Positions 34,142 through 43,249 of a DNA stretch of 64,000 bases are shown here, piece after piece. The stretch lies in NCBI GenBank assembly GCA_965215365.1, contig CBDCDS010000003.1:2432001-2496000 (forward strand). The letters run 5' to 3'. Each line of letters opens with the position of its first letter. Position 1 is the stretch's first letter. The notes beneath the pieces were generated by a model. The model did no database searches and was not told the DNA's origin. It saw only the letters and a program-made list of their open reading frames with translations. This DNA is from Gammaproteobacteria bacterium (lineage in GTDB: Bacteria; Pseudomonadota; Gammaproteobacteria; Eutrophobiales; Eutrophobiaceae). The position numbers and the translations under genes are program-made.

Positions 34142-34183
34142 TTAGTTGATCTTATGATATATCCCGTTGTATCCCTTTTTCAA
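34142..34183 (-). pseudogene. Possible IS1595-family transposase remnant
   Basis: LKKGYNGIYHKIN resembles the conserved LKRGxxGxYHKxS segment of IS1595/ISXO2 transposases. Confidence 0.45.
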
Positions 34184-34264
34184 GACCTGCTTATCCTTGA
34201 TAATTCCATCAAAAACGGCAGCATATCCCTGTACTGCGCGGCCACGTCTAATTTTTGAGGTGGC

Positions 34265-34888
34265 CTAAAGTTTACTCTTCACCAGTTCATACACGAGTTC
34301 TGTAGCCGTGCCGGTGCCGGACAGTACGAACTCCAGCTTGCTGCGCCGGTCATAGACAAATGCCTCGTCTTTAATGCCGCCGATGTTGATATAAACGTTC
34401 AGGGCTGCGCTGCGTAGCGCAGCGTGGGCGGCGAGCACCGCGACGCCGGCGTCGCTGATGACATTGAGGTTGCCCTGCTCTGCCACCGGGCGACATAACT
34501 CGATGATATCCGCACACAGTTGCGCACAGGCCAGCGGCACGTCGGTCGCTTCTTTCAGGGCCGCCTGTATGGCTGCCGACCGTGTCGCCTGTGCGGCCTC
34601 GGTTTCCTTGCTCATGCCGTACGCGGCCATAACCCGGTCAAATACCTCAACATCGGCCTGAATCATACCGGTGACCTCGGCGCGCAGCGCTTCTGAACGC
34701 GCCAGGAATTCCCGCATCTGTGCGTCAACGTGTGCGTAATTTTTCTTGCCTGCAGTAAAATTGGCCACCATGCTGAGCAGGGCCGCGCCCATGGCGCCCA
34801 TGATCGCAGCCGCGCTGCCCCCGCCCGGCGTGGATGACCTTGAGGCAAGCTGGTCGAGAAACGTTTGGAGTTGCTGTTCGGTAGACAT
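34265..34888 (-). CDS. fchA: Methenyltetrahydrofolate cyclohydrolase
   Basis: FLDQLASRSSTPGGGSAAA, ATDVPL, GNLNVISDAGV; divergent from mtdA. Confidence 0.88.
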   Translation of the reverse strand: MSTEQQLQTFLDQLASRSSTPGGGSAAAIMGAMGAALLSMVANFTAGKKNYAHVDAQMREFLARSEALRAEVTGMIQADVEVFDRVMAAYGMSKETEAAQATRSAAIQAALKEATDVPLACAQLCADIIELCRPVAEQGNLNVISDAGVAVLAAHAALRSAALNVYINIGGIKDEAFVYDRRSKLEFVLSGTGTATELVYELVKSKL

Positions 34889-34995
34889 CTGGCGCTCCGT
34901 TGTGGTTTTTCTGGATTGTCAGGAATGCGTGTTGTAGACTCGCCTCTGATTTTGTGAGGCGTCTGTAAGTTGGCGCAAAGTATAGAGGAAATAAA

Positions 34996-35853
34996 ATGAA
35001 AAAACTTCTGTTTCAACTCGACACCGACGCCCACGCCGCAGTCTTCGATACCGTGGTCGGCTATGACGGCGGCGCCGACCACGTGATAGGGCATGGCGGT
35101 TGCACCCCGGACAATGTGCGGGCGCTGGTGGACGGCGCCATCTTCACCCGCAGTCCCAAGGAGAAGAAAAACACCGCCTTGTTTATCGGCGGCAGCGACA
35201 TGGTGGCCGGGGAACAACTGCTGGATGCAGTGCAAAAAGTATTCTTTGCCAATTTTCGCGTCTCCGTCATGCTCGACAGTAACGGCAGCAACACCACCGC
35301 CGCGGCCGCAGCCGCCAAGCTGCTGGGTAGCGGCGGAGTGACCGGCAAGAAGGTGGTGATCCTGGGCGGCACCGGCCCGGTTGGTCAGCGCGCCGCGGTC
35401 ATGCTGACCCGGGAAGGCGCCGAGGTGGTGTTATGTTCGCGTGGGCAGGCCCGCGCCGAGGCCGCCGGCACGGCTATCAAGGGCCGTTTCGGTGTTGATG
35501 TCACCCCCCTGGGCACTGCCACTGATGAAGAACGCGCCGCCGCCGTGGCGGACGCGCAGATCGTGATCGCCACCGGCGCCGCCGGCGTGCAGCTGTTGAG
35601 CCGGGAGGCCTGGGAGAACAACCCGTCCATTGAGATGCTGGCGGACGCCAATGCCACCCCGCCGCTGGGTATTGAAGGTGTGGACATGATGGATCGCGGC
35701 GAGGTGCGCAACGGCAAGACCTGCTGGGGCGCGATTGGCTTCGGCACCCTGAAACTGGCCCTGCATCGGGCCTGCATCGCCAGGCTGTTCGCAAGCAACG
35801 ACCAGGTGTTCGATGCCGAGGAAATCTTCGCCCTGGCGAAGACTATGAGTTGA
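34996..35853 (+). CDS. mtdA: NADP-dependent methylene-H4F/H4MPT dehydrogenase
   Basis: MKKLLFQLDTD, VGYDGGADH, FRVSVMLDSNGSNTTAAA, GGTGPVG, NATPPLGIEG. Confidence 0.92.
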   Translation: MKKLLFQLDTDAHAAVFDTVVGYDGGADHVIGHGGCTPDNVRALVDGAIFTRSPKEKKNTALFIGGSDMVAGEQLLDAVQKVFFANFRVSVMLDSNGSNTTAAAAAAKLLGSGGVTGKKVVILGGTGPVGQRAAVMLTREGAEVVLCSRGQARAEAAGTAIKGRFGVDVTPLGTATDEERAAAVADAQIVIATGAAGVQLLSREAWENNPSIEMLADANATPPLGIEGVDMMDRGEVRNGKTCWGAIGFGTLKLALHRACIARLFASNDQVFDAEEIFALAKTMS

Positions 35854-35882
35854 ACTGTATGTAGCGACAGAAATAGTGCCGT

Positions 35883-35916
35883 GTTCATCATTCCGGCTTG
35901 CGCCGGAATGATGAAC
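35883..35916. terminator. REP-like hairpin / bidirectional terminator
   Basis: Perfect 15-bp stem GTTCATCATTCCGGC-ttgc-GCCGGAATGATGAAC between convergent genes; related degenerate copy near 31826. Confidence 0.7.
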
Positions 35917-35947
35917 GAAGGGTGATAACATGTTTCTCAACTTATTA

Positions 35948-36934
35948 TCAGTCTGCTGTTTCAAACAGTTCCAGCTCGTTGCCGTCCGGGTCCAGCACGT
36001 AGATAGACTTGCCGTAAGGGCCGGGGCCGAGTTCCCCTCTGGGAAACTCTGCGCCGGTTTGTTTGAGCTTTTCATACAGGGCTTCGACGTTCCGAACTGC
36101 AAACGCCAAGTGGTCCAGCTGCTTCATGTCGCCGGGGCCGCCGGCGGTCAGCCCCAGTCCTTCCATCGTGGCAATGAACGGACGCCCGTCAGGCAGCGGC
36201 TTGGCATCTACGCGTCGGGTGAAGCCCAGGGTATTCAGGTAAAAATCCATGGCTCTTTCCAGGTCGCTTACCATCAACAGCAGATGATGCACATACACGG
36301 GCTTAGGTTGCAGTTGTTGCTCCACCCACCCCAAGAAGTCCGCTGACTGACAGGTCACCCCCAGATATTGGCGCCATACCTCCCGGGCGCTCTGCTCCCA
36401 GGCCGGATTGACGCCGGAGATACAGTCTTCGATTGCAACCACGTCGAAATCACGCAGGTAGGCCTCCCGCATCGTGGTTTCAACGCAAGCGTTGGCCGTC
36501 AACCCGGTAATGAACAGGGCTTCGACCCCCAGTTGTTCCAGCACCAGTTGCAGGCGCGTTTCATAAAAGCCGCCAAAACGGTGTTTGCGAATCATGTATG
36601 TCGGGTTGGTCACCAGATCTTGCAATTCATCCACGATCTGCGCGTCCCAGCTGCCGGCCAGGGCCGACACGCCCTTGCGTTTGGACGTATGTGATGGAAG
36701 ACGCTTACGCGCCCGTCGGGAGTCGGTGGCAAAGTGTTCCTGCACCGTCCATAACACCGGCATGCCCACCGCATGACAGCGTTCAATGACGGTGCGCAAC
36801 GGTTTGATAACGCTGCCCAGACGCTCGGTATCCAGGCCGGACTGGCCCAGCGTGCCGTCCTGGTGACAAAACGCATTCTGCAAGTCGATGACGAGCAGTG
36901 CCGATTTTTTCAGCTCCAGCAATTCCAGTGACAT
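35948..36934 (-). CDS. Isochorismatase-family cysteine hydrolase fused to a VOC/glyoxalase domain
   Basis: ALLVIDLQNAF, KHRFGGF, TANACVETT (D-K-C triad); C-terminal VHHLLLMVSD...DHLAF...DPDGNELE. Confidence 0.85.
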   Translation of the reverse strand: MSLELLELKKSALLVIDLQNAFCHQDGTLGQSGLDTERLGSVIKPLRTVIERCHAVGMPVLWTVQEHFATDSRRARKRLPSHTSKRKGVSALAGSWDAQIVDELQDLVTNPTYMIRKHRFGGFYETRLQLVLEQLGVEALFITGLTANACVETTMREAYLRDFDVVAIEDCISGVNPAWEQSAREVWRQYLGVTCQSADFLGWVEQQLQPKPVYVHHLLLMVSDLERAMDFYLNTLGFTRRVDAKPLPDGRPFIATMEGLGLTAGGPGDMKQLDHLAFAVRNVEALYEKLKQTGAEFPRGELGPGPYGKSIYVLDPDGNELELFETAD

Positions 36935-36936
36935 GT

Positions 36937-37131
36937 TCAGCCCCCCTTCCGGTCCAATCCGAGCACGCCGGCGCGCGCCCAATCCTCCAGTTCATATTCC
37001 TGGATGATGACATGCAGGCCATCCGGTTTTGCGTCAGCGTGTTCGACCATGGCGTCGGTAATCGCCTTGGCCAGTTTTCGTTTTTGCTCAACACTGCGAC
37101 CTTTCCACATCTGTACGGTTACTACAGGCAT
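36937..37131 (-). CDS. 4-oxalocrotonate tautomerase family protein
   Basis: Catalytic Pro after Met, GRSVEQKRKL, 64 aa. Confidence 0.9.
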   Translation of the reverse strand: MPVVTVQMWKGRSVEQKRKLAKAITDAMVEHADAKPDGLHVIIQEYELEDWARAGVLGLDRKGG

Positions 37132-37149
37132 ATTTAGTCCTCTATATAG

Positions 37150-38589
37150 TCAATTCCCGGCGTCATACAACGTCGTGGTGGTCGGCACGTTTTCATCTGC
37201 AAGGCCGGCGCGGATGACGGCGGCGGCGGCGAGTTCCCGCGCCTTACATTTTATCTCCTGCTCAGCAACGCCGACAACCTTGCCGTCGCGGTACAAGGCA
37301 TTACCGTCCACCCAGGTTTCCCTGATGCTGGCCGTCGAGGCGGAAAATACCAGCGCCTGCAAGGGGTCGTGAAACGGCGTCCATTCAACATGCTCCAGAT
37401 CAAACACAATGAAGTCAGCCTTTTTGCCGATTTCAAGCGACCCGATCTCATCGTCCCACAACAATGCCTTAGCGCCTTCAATCGTGGCCGCGCGCAAGGC
37501 CTGGCGCACCGTTACCACATCCGCTTGCAGACGCGCATCCTTGAACATGCCCGCGCACAGGAACAGCTGGCGCATCAGGTTCATATTCCCGGCTGCGGAA
37601 ACACCATCGGTGCCCAGGGCAACCGTTACGCCGGCGTTGATCAGTTCCGGATATTTGCCGATTGCGGTGGCGCCCTTGCCCAGCTTGAAAGAGGAAGAAG
37701 GACAAAAAGCCACCTTCGTGCCATAACTCGCCAGGGTCTCCACCTCCTCCTCAGCTACGGCTGCGCCATGGGCAATGACTAGGTTGTTGCCCAGCCCGCC
37801 GGCCTGCTCGATACGGGTGATCGGCCAGACTCCGTATTTGTTTTCACAGACCCGCGCCTCTTCGATGCTGGTCGCCAGATGATAAGTGGTGCCCACCCCC
37901 AGCTTTTCGGCCAGCTCCCGGGCGCCCACGTGCAACCCCAGGGTGCACGGCTCCTTGCCTTCGATATTCACCCAGCAACGCACCCGGCCATCGAGGGCAC
38001 CATGATAGGTTTCCACACAGTGCTGTAGTTCACGCAGCGCGGTGGGCGCGTCGGCGAAGAAATGGTGTTTAACCATGCTGTCGGTCCAGCCCCTGGGCCT
38101 GACCTCGGGCGGGTTATCAGCGGCGTGGCGCCCGGTAATCCCGCGTATGCCCGTTTGTTCCATCGCCCGCACGGTAATGCCGGGGTCGTATTGTGAACCC
38201 ATGTCCAAAAAACAGGTGGTGCCACAACGCAACATCTCGGTGATACCCAACAGCGCGCCCCAGTATTCATCCTCGGCACTGATATGCGCATAAAATGGCT
38301 TGGCCCAGTGGAACACCCAGGCGCGGGTATTGAGGTTGTCCGGAAACACCGCCCGCGACAGGGTTTCCGACAGGTGCACATGGGCATCAATAAAACCCGG
38401 ACAAATCCCGTTCAGGGTTCCGTCCCGGACCTGGTCGAAGCCTGCCCGGGCATGTCTTTGTGCAACCTCGGAGGTAGCGCCCAGGTCGATAATTCTGTCA
38501 TCTTCAATGACGATGGCCGCATCACGTATTACGCGGTCGTCCTTATCCACCGTCAGGATGAACTCAAGATGTTCAATAAGCGTTTTCAT
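37150..38589 (-). CDS. Amidohydrolase (Atz/Trz/SsnA deaminase-like)
   Basis: PGFIDAHVH, GTTCFLD, ALGTDG, GSLEIGKKAD; E of the usual HxxE replaced (YHLATS). Confidence 0.85.
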   Translation of the reverse strand: MKTLIEHLEFILTVDKDDRVIRDAAIVIEDDRIIDLGATSEVAQRHARAGFDQVRDGTLNGICPGFIDAHVHLSETLSRAVFPDNLNTRAWVFHWAKPFYAHISAEDEYWGALLGITEMLRCGTTCFLDMGSQYDPGITVRAMEQTGIRGITGRHAADNPPEVRPRGWTDSMVKHHFFADAPTALRELQHCVETYHGALDGRVRCWVNIEGKEPCTLGLHVGARELAEKLGVGTTYHLATSIEEARVCENKYGVWPITRIEQAGGLGNNLVIAHGAAVAEEEVETLASYGTKVAFCPSSSFKLGKGATAIGKYPELINAGVTVALGTDGVSAAGNMNLMRQLFLCAGMFKDARLQADVVTVRQALRAATIEGAKALLWDDEIGSLEIGKKADFIVFDLEHVEWTPFHDPLQALVFSASTASIRETWVDGNALYRDGKVVGVAEQEIKCKARELAAAAVIRAGLADENVPTTTTLYDAGN

Positions 38590-39704
38590 TATTGAACAGC
38601 CAGCAACCGGTCGGTATCGGTGTAGTCGGATAACAGTTCGGCGCCGGTTTCGGTCACCAGTACCATATCCTTGTTCTGCATGCCGAAGCCATGGCCGGTG
38701 TCATAGACCAGTGGCTCTATTCCCAATACCATGCCCGCTACCAACGGCACATCGGAATACATCCCCAGATACGGCTCCTCGTGCAAATGTAGGCCGATGC
38801 CGTGGCCGATGAATTGTATCGGCGGCAAGTTCAGCTTTGCCAGGTGACGGCTGAATGCCTGATAGATTTTTTTGGAACTGGCGCCGGGTTTGATCAGGTC
38901 CAGCACCAGATATTTGCACTCCACCAGGTTTTGCCAGATTTCCTCTGCGTGGCGCGGCGCAGCCTGCACCCGGGCGGTGCGACAAACGCCGGCATGGTAG
39001 CCGTTAATGACCGGAAATATTTCCACCCGGCAGATATCGCCCGGCTCCAGCGTGCGCATGGAAGGCCCGACATTGGGATAGACACTCCTGGGGCCGGTGG
39101 CGACTATCATCAATTTGAAGTCCGCGGCGCCCAGGGTATAAATATGCCTGGTCAACCCTGCGGCGATGTCCATTTCAGTAGCGCCGGCGCTGACCCCCTG
39201 CAACGCCTTGCCGATCGATTCATCGGCGATACGCGCCAGACGCCGCAGCAATTCTATTTCATCCGGGGTCTTGATTTGGCGCAACCGCTGCAGGTCGGTA
39301 TCGGCTGCGACGAAACGGGCCTCAGGCAAAGCCTGACACAAGGCCTGATAGTCATTGGCAAACAGGTAATTCAACTCGGTGCCGACTGTTGCGCGCGCCA
39401 AGCCCTGATCGCGCAACAACTGTGCAAGCACCTGCATGGGTTGCTCGGTAAATTCTCCCCATACCCTGACCTCGGCGCCGTCAACCCGGCTGCTGACCGT
39501 GGTTTCTTCCATATCCACCGCCAGGTAGGCGCAGTTGCCGTCGGCCGTGACCACCACGGCCGCATGGCGCCAGCGCATCAACGGCTGGGACGGGACGACA
39601 AAACCGGATACATAAGCAAAGTTTTCCGGCGACAGACAAACCAGGCCGTCCAGGCCAGAGGCCTGCATGGTTGCCGTCAGTTTTGTTACTATTTCATTAT
39701 GCAT
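38589..39704 (-). CDS. M24 Xaa-Pro peptidase/creatinase-family hydrolase
   Basis: Creatinase-type N-domain, RQIKTPDEI, GHGIGLHLHEEP, GMVLGIEP; several metal ligands substituted. Confidence 0.82.
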   Translation of the reverse strand: MHNEIVTKLTATMQASGLDGLVCLSPENFAYVSGFVVPSQPLMRWRHAAVVVTADGNCAYLAVDMEETTVSSRVDGAEVRVWGEFTEQPMQVLAQLLRDQGLARATVGTELNYLFANDYQALCQALPEARFVAADTDLQRLRQIKTPDEIELLRRLARIADESIGKALQGVSAGATEMDIAAGLTRHIYTLGAADFKLMIVATGPRSVYPNVGPSMRTLEPGDICRVEIFPVINGYHAGVCRTARVQAAPRHAEEIWQNLVECKYLVLDLIKPGASSKKIYQAFSRHLAKLNLPPIQFIGHGIGLHLHEEPYLGMYSDVPLVAGMVLGIEPLVYDTGHGFGMQNKDMVLVTETGAELLSDYTDTDRLLAVQ

Positions 39705-39781
39705 AGCTGTGACCGTTATTCTGTTGCGCGTCAGGGCACCTTTTTTTGAAGGTTAATAGAATTATAATGAATGATCGAAGT

Positions 39782-39793
39782 TTGTAATCACAA
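39782..39793. promoter_or_regulatory. Cluster operator copy 1
   Basis: TTGTAATCACAA upstream of the M24 operon, with minus-strand TATAAT at 39761-39766. Confidence 0.6.
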
Positions 39794-39800
39794 TTTATTG

Positions 39801-40985
39801 TTATGGACTGCATGGCCGACCTTGACGGATAATAATACGTTCATCGGGTCGTCTTGACAGAATGTCATCAAAACTCTGCCCCTTTACCAGCACCATATCG
39901 GCGCTGTCGTTCACGGCCGGCGCCACCTTGCCATCGCACAAGGCCTTGACCAGGTCATCGGTGGCATCGAGTTGCGCGGCCAGCATGGCAATATAGCCGG
40001 CGTCCAGCAAGTCTGCATCGCCATAGGGATAAAAGACATCGCAAACATTATCGCTGGCAATGCGTACGGCAACGCCGGCGGCGAGCAACTCGTGCACGCA
40101 GGCCAGACCGCGTCGTAGCGGCGCGCCCTGCCGGCGGTCTTGCAGGTACAGGTTAGTGGTGGGCAGTACCACCACTTCAATGCTGGCTTGCGCCAGTTTC
40201 TCCAGCAGCCGGTTGCGCGTCCCGGCCTCCAGCACCGACAGCACGCAACCGTGGCTCAGGGTCACGCGTCCCTGGCAGCCGTTGGCGCAGGTGGCGTCAG
40301 CCAGATACTCAATGGAGGCGCGTTCGGCCTCCAGGTGTTCGTCCTGATGCAGGTCGATGGCCGCGTCCTGCTCGACAGCCAGTTCGAGCACGGCGTCAAT
40401 GGCGCGGTGCGGCTGCGGGTAGAGCGACGGCGCCGCGCCGAGCAGCGCGGCGCCGCGCGCCAGGGCTTCCCGGAGCATCGATTTTCCATCGCTGCCGGCG
40501 GGGTCAAGTCGCGACGAGGCAAAGGCAACGACCTCTATGTCCATGTTCGCGCCCATGGCGGCTTTCGCATCCAGGGTACCTTGCACCGCCCTGAAGCGGG
40601 TCTCAGGATCAATATCGGCGTGCGTTCTGAGGCCGGTGGTACCGTGGGAACAGGCTCGCCGAAACAGCTTGAGGGCGTGCGCGCAGTGTTGTTCGACAGT
40701 AAAGTGCCGGAGTAATTCCAACGCCTGGGCCACGGCATGTGCAAACGAAGCAGGTTTTTGTTCGGCCCGCGTGAAGGCCCGGTTGGCGTGGACATGCTTG
40801 TCCACTAGGGGTGGCAGGCACACCCATGCAGCCGGCGTTGCGAGTTCTGTTATTGCTGTTATGGCGCCGTCGGCGATGACAATTTCCAGCGCTTGTTCGG
40901 AACCGGCAAAAGCGACGTTGCGCAGCACGGCAGCGCCATTTTCCAAGGTGCTGACAGGGTTATCGACGGCGCTCACTGTCAGCAT
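39801..40985 (-). CDS. Cytosine/creatinine deaminase-like amidohydrolase
   Basis: DKHVH, HGTTGLRTHAD, DLHQDE, TLSHG, LPTTNLYLQDR, ASDNVCDVFYPYG. Confidence 0.83.
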   Translation of the reverse strand: MLTVSAVDNPVSTLENGAAVLRNVAFAGSEQALEIVIADGAITAITELATPAAWVCLPPLVDKHVHANRAFTRAEQKPASFAHAVAQALELLRHFTVEQHCAHALKLFRRACSHGTTGLRTHADIDPETRFRAVQGTLDAKAAMGANMDIEVVAFASSRLDPAGSDGKSMLREALARGAALLGAAPSLYPQPHRAIDAVLELAVEQDAAIDLHQDEHLEAERASIEYLADATCANGCQGRVTLSHGCVLSVLEAGTRNRLLEKLAQASIEVVVLPTTNLYLQDRRQGAPLRRGLACVHELLAAGVAVRIASDNVCDVFYPYGDADLLDAGYIAMLAAQLDATDDLVKALCDGKVAPAVNDSADMVLVKGQSFDDILSRRPDERIIIRQGRPCSP

Positions 40986-42328
40986 CCGGGGCGCGTGATG
41001 CAGCTGCCGCGTCCGTACTGGTCTTCATCCACGGCCCCGTTCTCATAGACGATACGGCCGTTGGCGACCGTCATAACCGGCCAGCCTTGCAGTTTCATCC
41101 CTTCATAGATGCAGGTGCCGTGGCCGTCGTGGGTCACCTCGCGTTCTTCATCCAGGTCCACCAGTACCAGGTCGGCATCCGAGCCCGGTTCCAGTGAGCC
41201 CTTACGCGGATAGAAACCGAAGCGCTTGGCCGGGCCGTAGGAATTGACCCGCACCAGTTGCTGCAAAGTGAGCCCGCGCCGCAGCACGCCATGGGTGATG
41301 AGCAACGGCAACTCCCAGGGAAAACTGACCACGCCGGGAAACTCGGTCCACAGGTCTTCGCCCTTCTTGGGCAGGAACGGCACGTGGTCGCTGCCGATGG
41401 AATTGACCCGGTCCGCCAGCATCCCGCGCCACAACCATTCCTTTTGTTCGGCATCGCGCAACGGCGGTGAAATCTTCGCCGTCATATCCAGGTCTTCGTC
41501 GTAACAGGTGCGGGTCAGGTAATGCGGGCAGGTTTCCACGGTCACGTCCACCCCTCTGGCCCGCGCCTCCAGCGCCAGCTCCGGGCCGGCGCCCACCGAG
41601 GTATGCACCAGTTGCAGGGAACAACCGGTGCGTTCGGCCAGGAAGATCATGCGTTTGATAGTCTCCACCTCACAGAAGGCGGGGCGCGATTCGGTATAGG
41701 CACCCAAGTCCTGGCGCCCGGAGGCCATCATATCCTTTTTCACCCAGCCGGCAATGGCGGTATTTTCACAATGCACCGAAACTACGCCCTTGGGCAGCCT
41801 GGCTACCTGCAACATGGTGGCATACACCCAGCCGTCATTGGCCGGCACGATACCAATGGGGTTATCCGGCTCGTAGCCGAAATACAGCTTAAAAGACTGC
41901 ACCCCGGTATGTTCGACTATACGCGGAATTTCATGGATGTGTTCTTCGCGCTGTATGCCGAAGTGAAAACCGAAGTCGATGCAGACGTTTTCCTCACCGA
42001 TACGGCGGCGCTCATCGTAAAACGGCAGATAGGACTCCTTTTTGTTACGGATATACAAAAATATGGTGGAAATGCCGCCGCGCGCCGCTTGCGCAGTCTC
42101 GGTGCGCATGTCCTCGTCATAAGGATACGCCACCCCCAAGTGACAATGGGTATCTATCACGCCCGGCAACAGGCAGCGGCCTTCGGCATCGATCACGCGC
42201 CGCGCCGGCGGCAGGGCATCATTGACGCCGGCCATGAGTATCTTACCCTCCTTGACCGCGATGCCGCCGAAGAATTCGCCGGTGTGATCGACTACCCGGG
42301 CATTGCGAATAACCAGCTCAGCTTTCAT
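40979..42328 (-). CDS. Cyclic amidohydrolase (dihydroorotase/allantoinase/hydantoinase family)
   Basis: LPGVIDTHCH, SFKLY, VHCEN, VETCPHYL, KISPPLR, GSDH; start at MKAELVI. Confidence 0.88.
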   Translation of the reverse strand: MKAELVIRNARVVDHTGEFFGGIAVKEGKILMAGVNDALPPARRVIDAEGRCLLPGVIDTHCHLGVAYPYDEDMRTETAQAARGGISTIFLYIRNKKESYLPFYDERRRIGEENVCIDFGFHFGIQREEHIHEIPRIVEHTGVQSFKLYFGYEPDNPIGIVPANDGWVYATMLQVARLPKGVVSVHCENTAIAGWVKKDMMASGRQDLGAYTESRPAFCEVETIKRMIFLAERTGCSLQLVHTSVGAGPELALEARARGVDVTVETCPHYLTRTCYDEDLDMTAKISPPLRDAEQKEWLWRGMLADRVNSIGSDHVPFLPKKGEDLWTEFPGVVSFPWELPLLITHGVLRRGLTLQQLVRVNSYGPAKRFGFYPRKGSLEPGSDADLVLVDLDEEREVTHDGHGTCIYEGMKLQGWPVMTVANGRIVYENGAVDEDQYGRGSCITRPGC

Positions 42329-43233
42329 TGCCGTTGTGCCTCCAGTGCCTTGCCGATGATTTTGCGAATGCCCGTCCATTGACTGCCGCCTACCGTGATC
42401 GGCGCCCGGCGCCCCAGCGCCCGGGCCCAGATCGCCTTGCGACCGGTGCTTTGTGCATAATCCAGGTCCACGCCTCCCGGTGGCGCCGATAAATCCATGA
42501 CCAGGGCCGTGGCCGGTAATTCATCGATGATGTGCCGGGTTACGATGGGGGCCGGCACGGTTGACAGAACCATATCAAAATCGGATGCCGCGGCGCCCAA
42601 TCGGTCTAACGGCAACCCTTCGGCGCCAAGCGTATAGGCCGCCGCGCGCTGTACCGGATTGCGCGCCGCCACCGTCACCCGGGCGCCCAGGGCCACCAGA
42701 GTATGCGTCAATACCGAGCCGATATTACCCTGACCCACCACGCAGATATTTGCATTGTGAATGGTGATAGCGGTGTTTTCGATGATGATTCTGAGGGCCG
42801 CCTCAACAATGGCCGGGGCGCGCAACAGCATGAGTTCCTGGTCGTGTTCGTATTCGTGAATACCAATGCCAAGCTCCTGCGCGGCCCGGGTCAGCCCTGC
42901 ATCCGCCTTGCCCAGGATAATATGGGCGCCGGCCGCCATGACCGACAGCAGGTCGGCCCTGGGGATGATTTTCTCATTGGCAAAAATACTGCCGTCCACG
43001 GCGATGCCCGGTATCGGCATGAGGCAAAAGTCAGCATTGCGCAGACACTCCGTTGCAGTCGTTGCCAGGGTCGCCCCGGTGACCCCGCAGACAGGCCAGG
43101 GGAAGCCATAAGCCGTCACGGTGGCGCCGGTCGCCGCGGCCAGACGCGCGATCTCCTGCTCACGGTCATCGCCGCCGAGTATGGCGATTTTCAACGCCTC
43201 CCAGGTGATGGACGTATCGTGTTTTTCGGACAT
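42325..43233 (-). CDS. Dipicolinate synthase subunit A (DpaA/SpoVFA)-like NAD(P)-binding oxidoreductase
   Basis: KIAILGGDDRE, ENTAITIH, VVGQGNIG, TVPAPIV, DLSAPPGGVD parallel to Bacillus DpaA. Confidence 0.75.
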   Translation of the reverse strand: MSEKHDTSITWEALKIAILGGDDREQEIARLAAATGATVTAYGFPWPVCGVTGATLATTATECLRNADFCLMPIPGIAVDGSIFANEKIIPRADLLSVMAAGAHIILGKADAGLTRAAQELGIGIHEYEHDQELMLLRAPAIVEAALRIIIENTAITIHNANICVVGQGNIGSVLTHTLVALGARVTVAARNPVQRAAAYTLGAEGLPLDRLGAAASDFDMVLSTVPAPIVTRHIIDELPATALVMDLSAPPGGVDLDYAQSTGRKAIWARALGRRAPITVGGSQWTGIRKIIGKALEAQRQ

Positions 43234-43249
43234 TGTATCGTTATCTCTT

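Noticed and set aside
33947-34258. Plus-strand 103-aa ORF
   Set aside because: No RBS or motifs; the minus strand carries an RBS-bearing ORF and a transposase-like remnant
42325-43233. Evidence of sporulation or dipicolinate synthesis
   Set aside because: No spoVFB or other sporulation genes; the context is proteobacterial and catabolic
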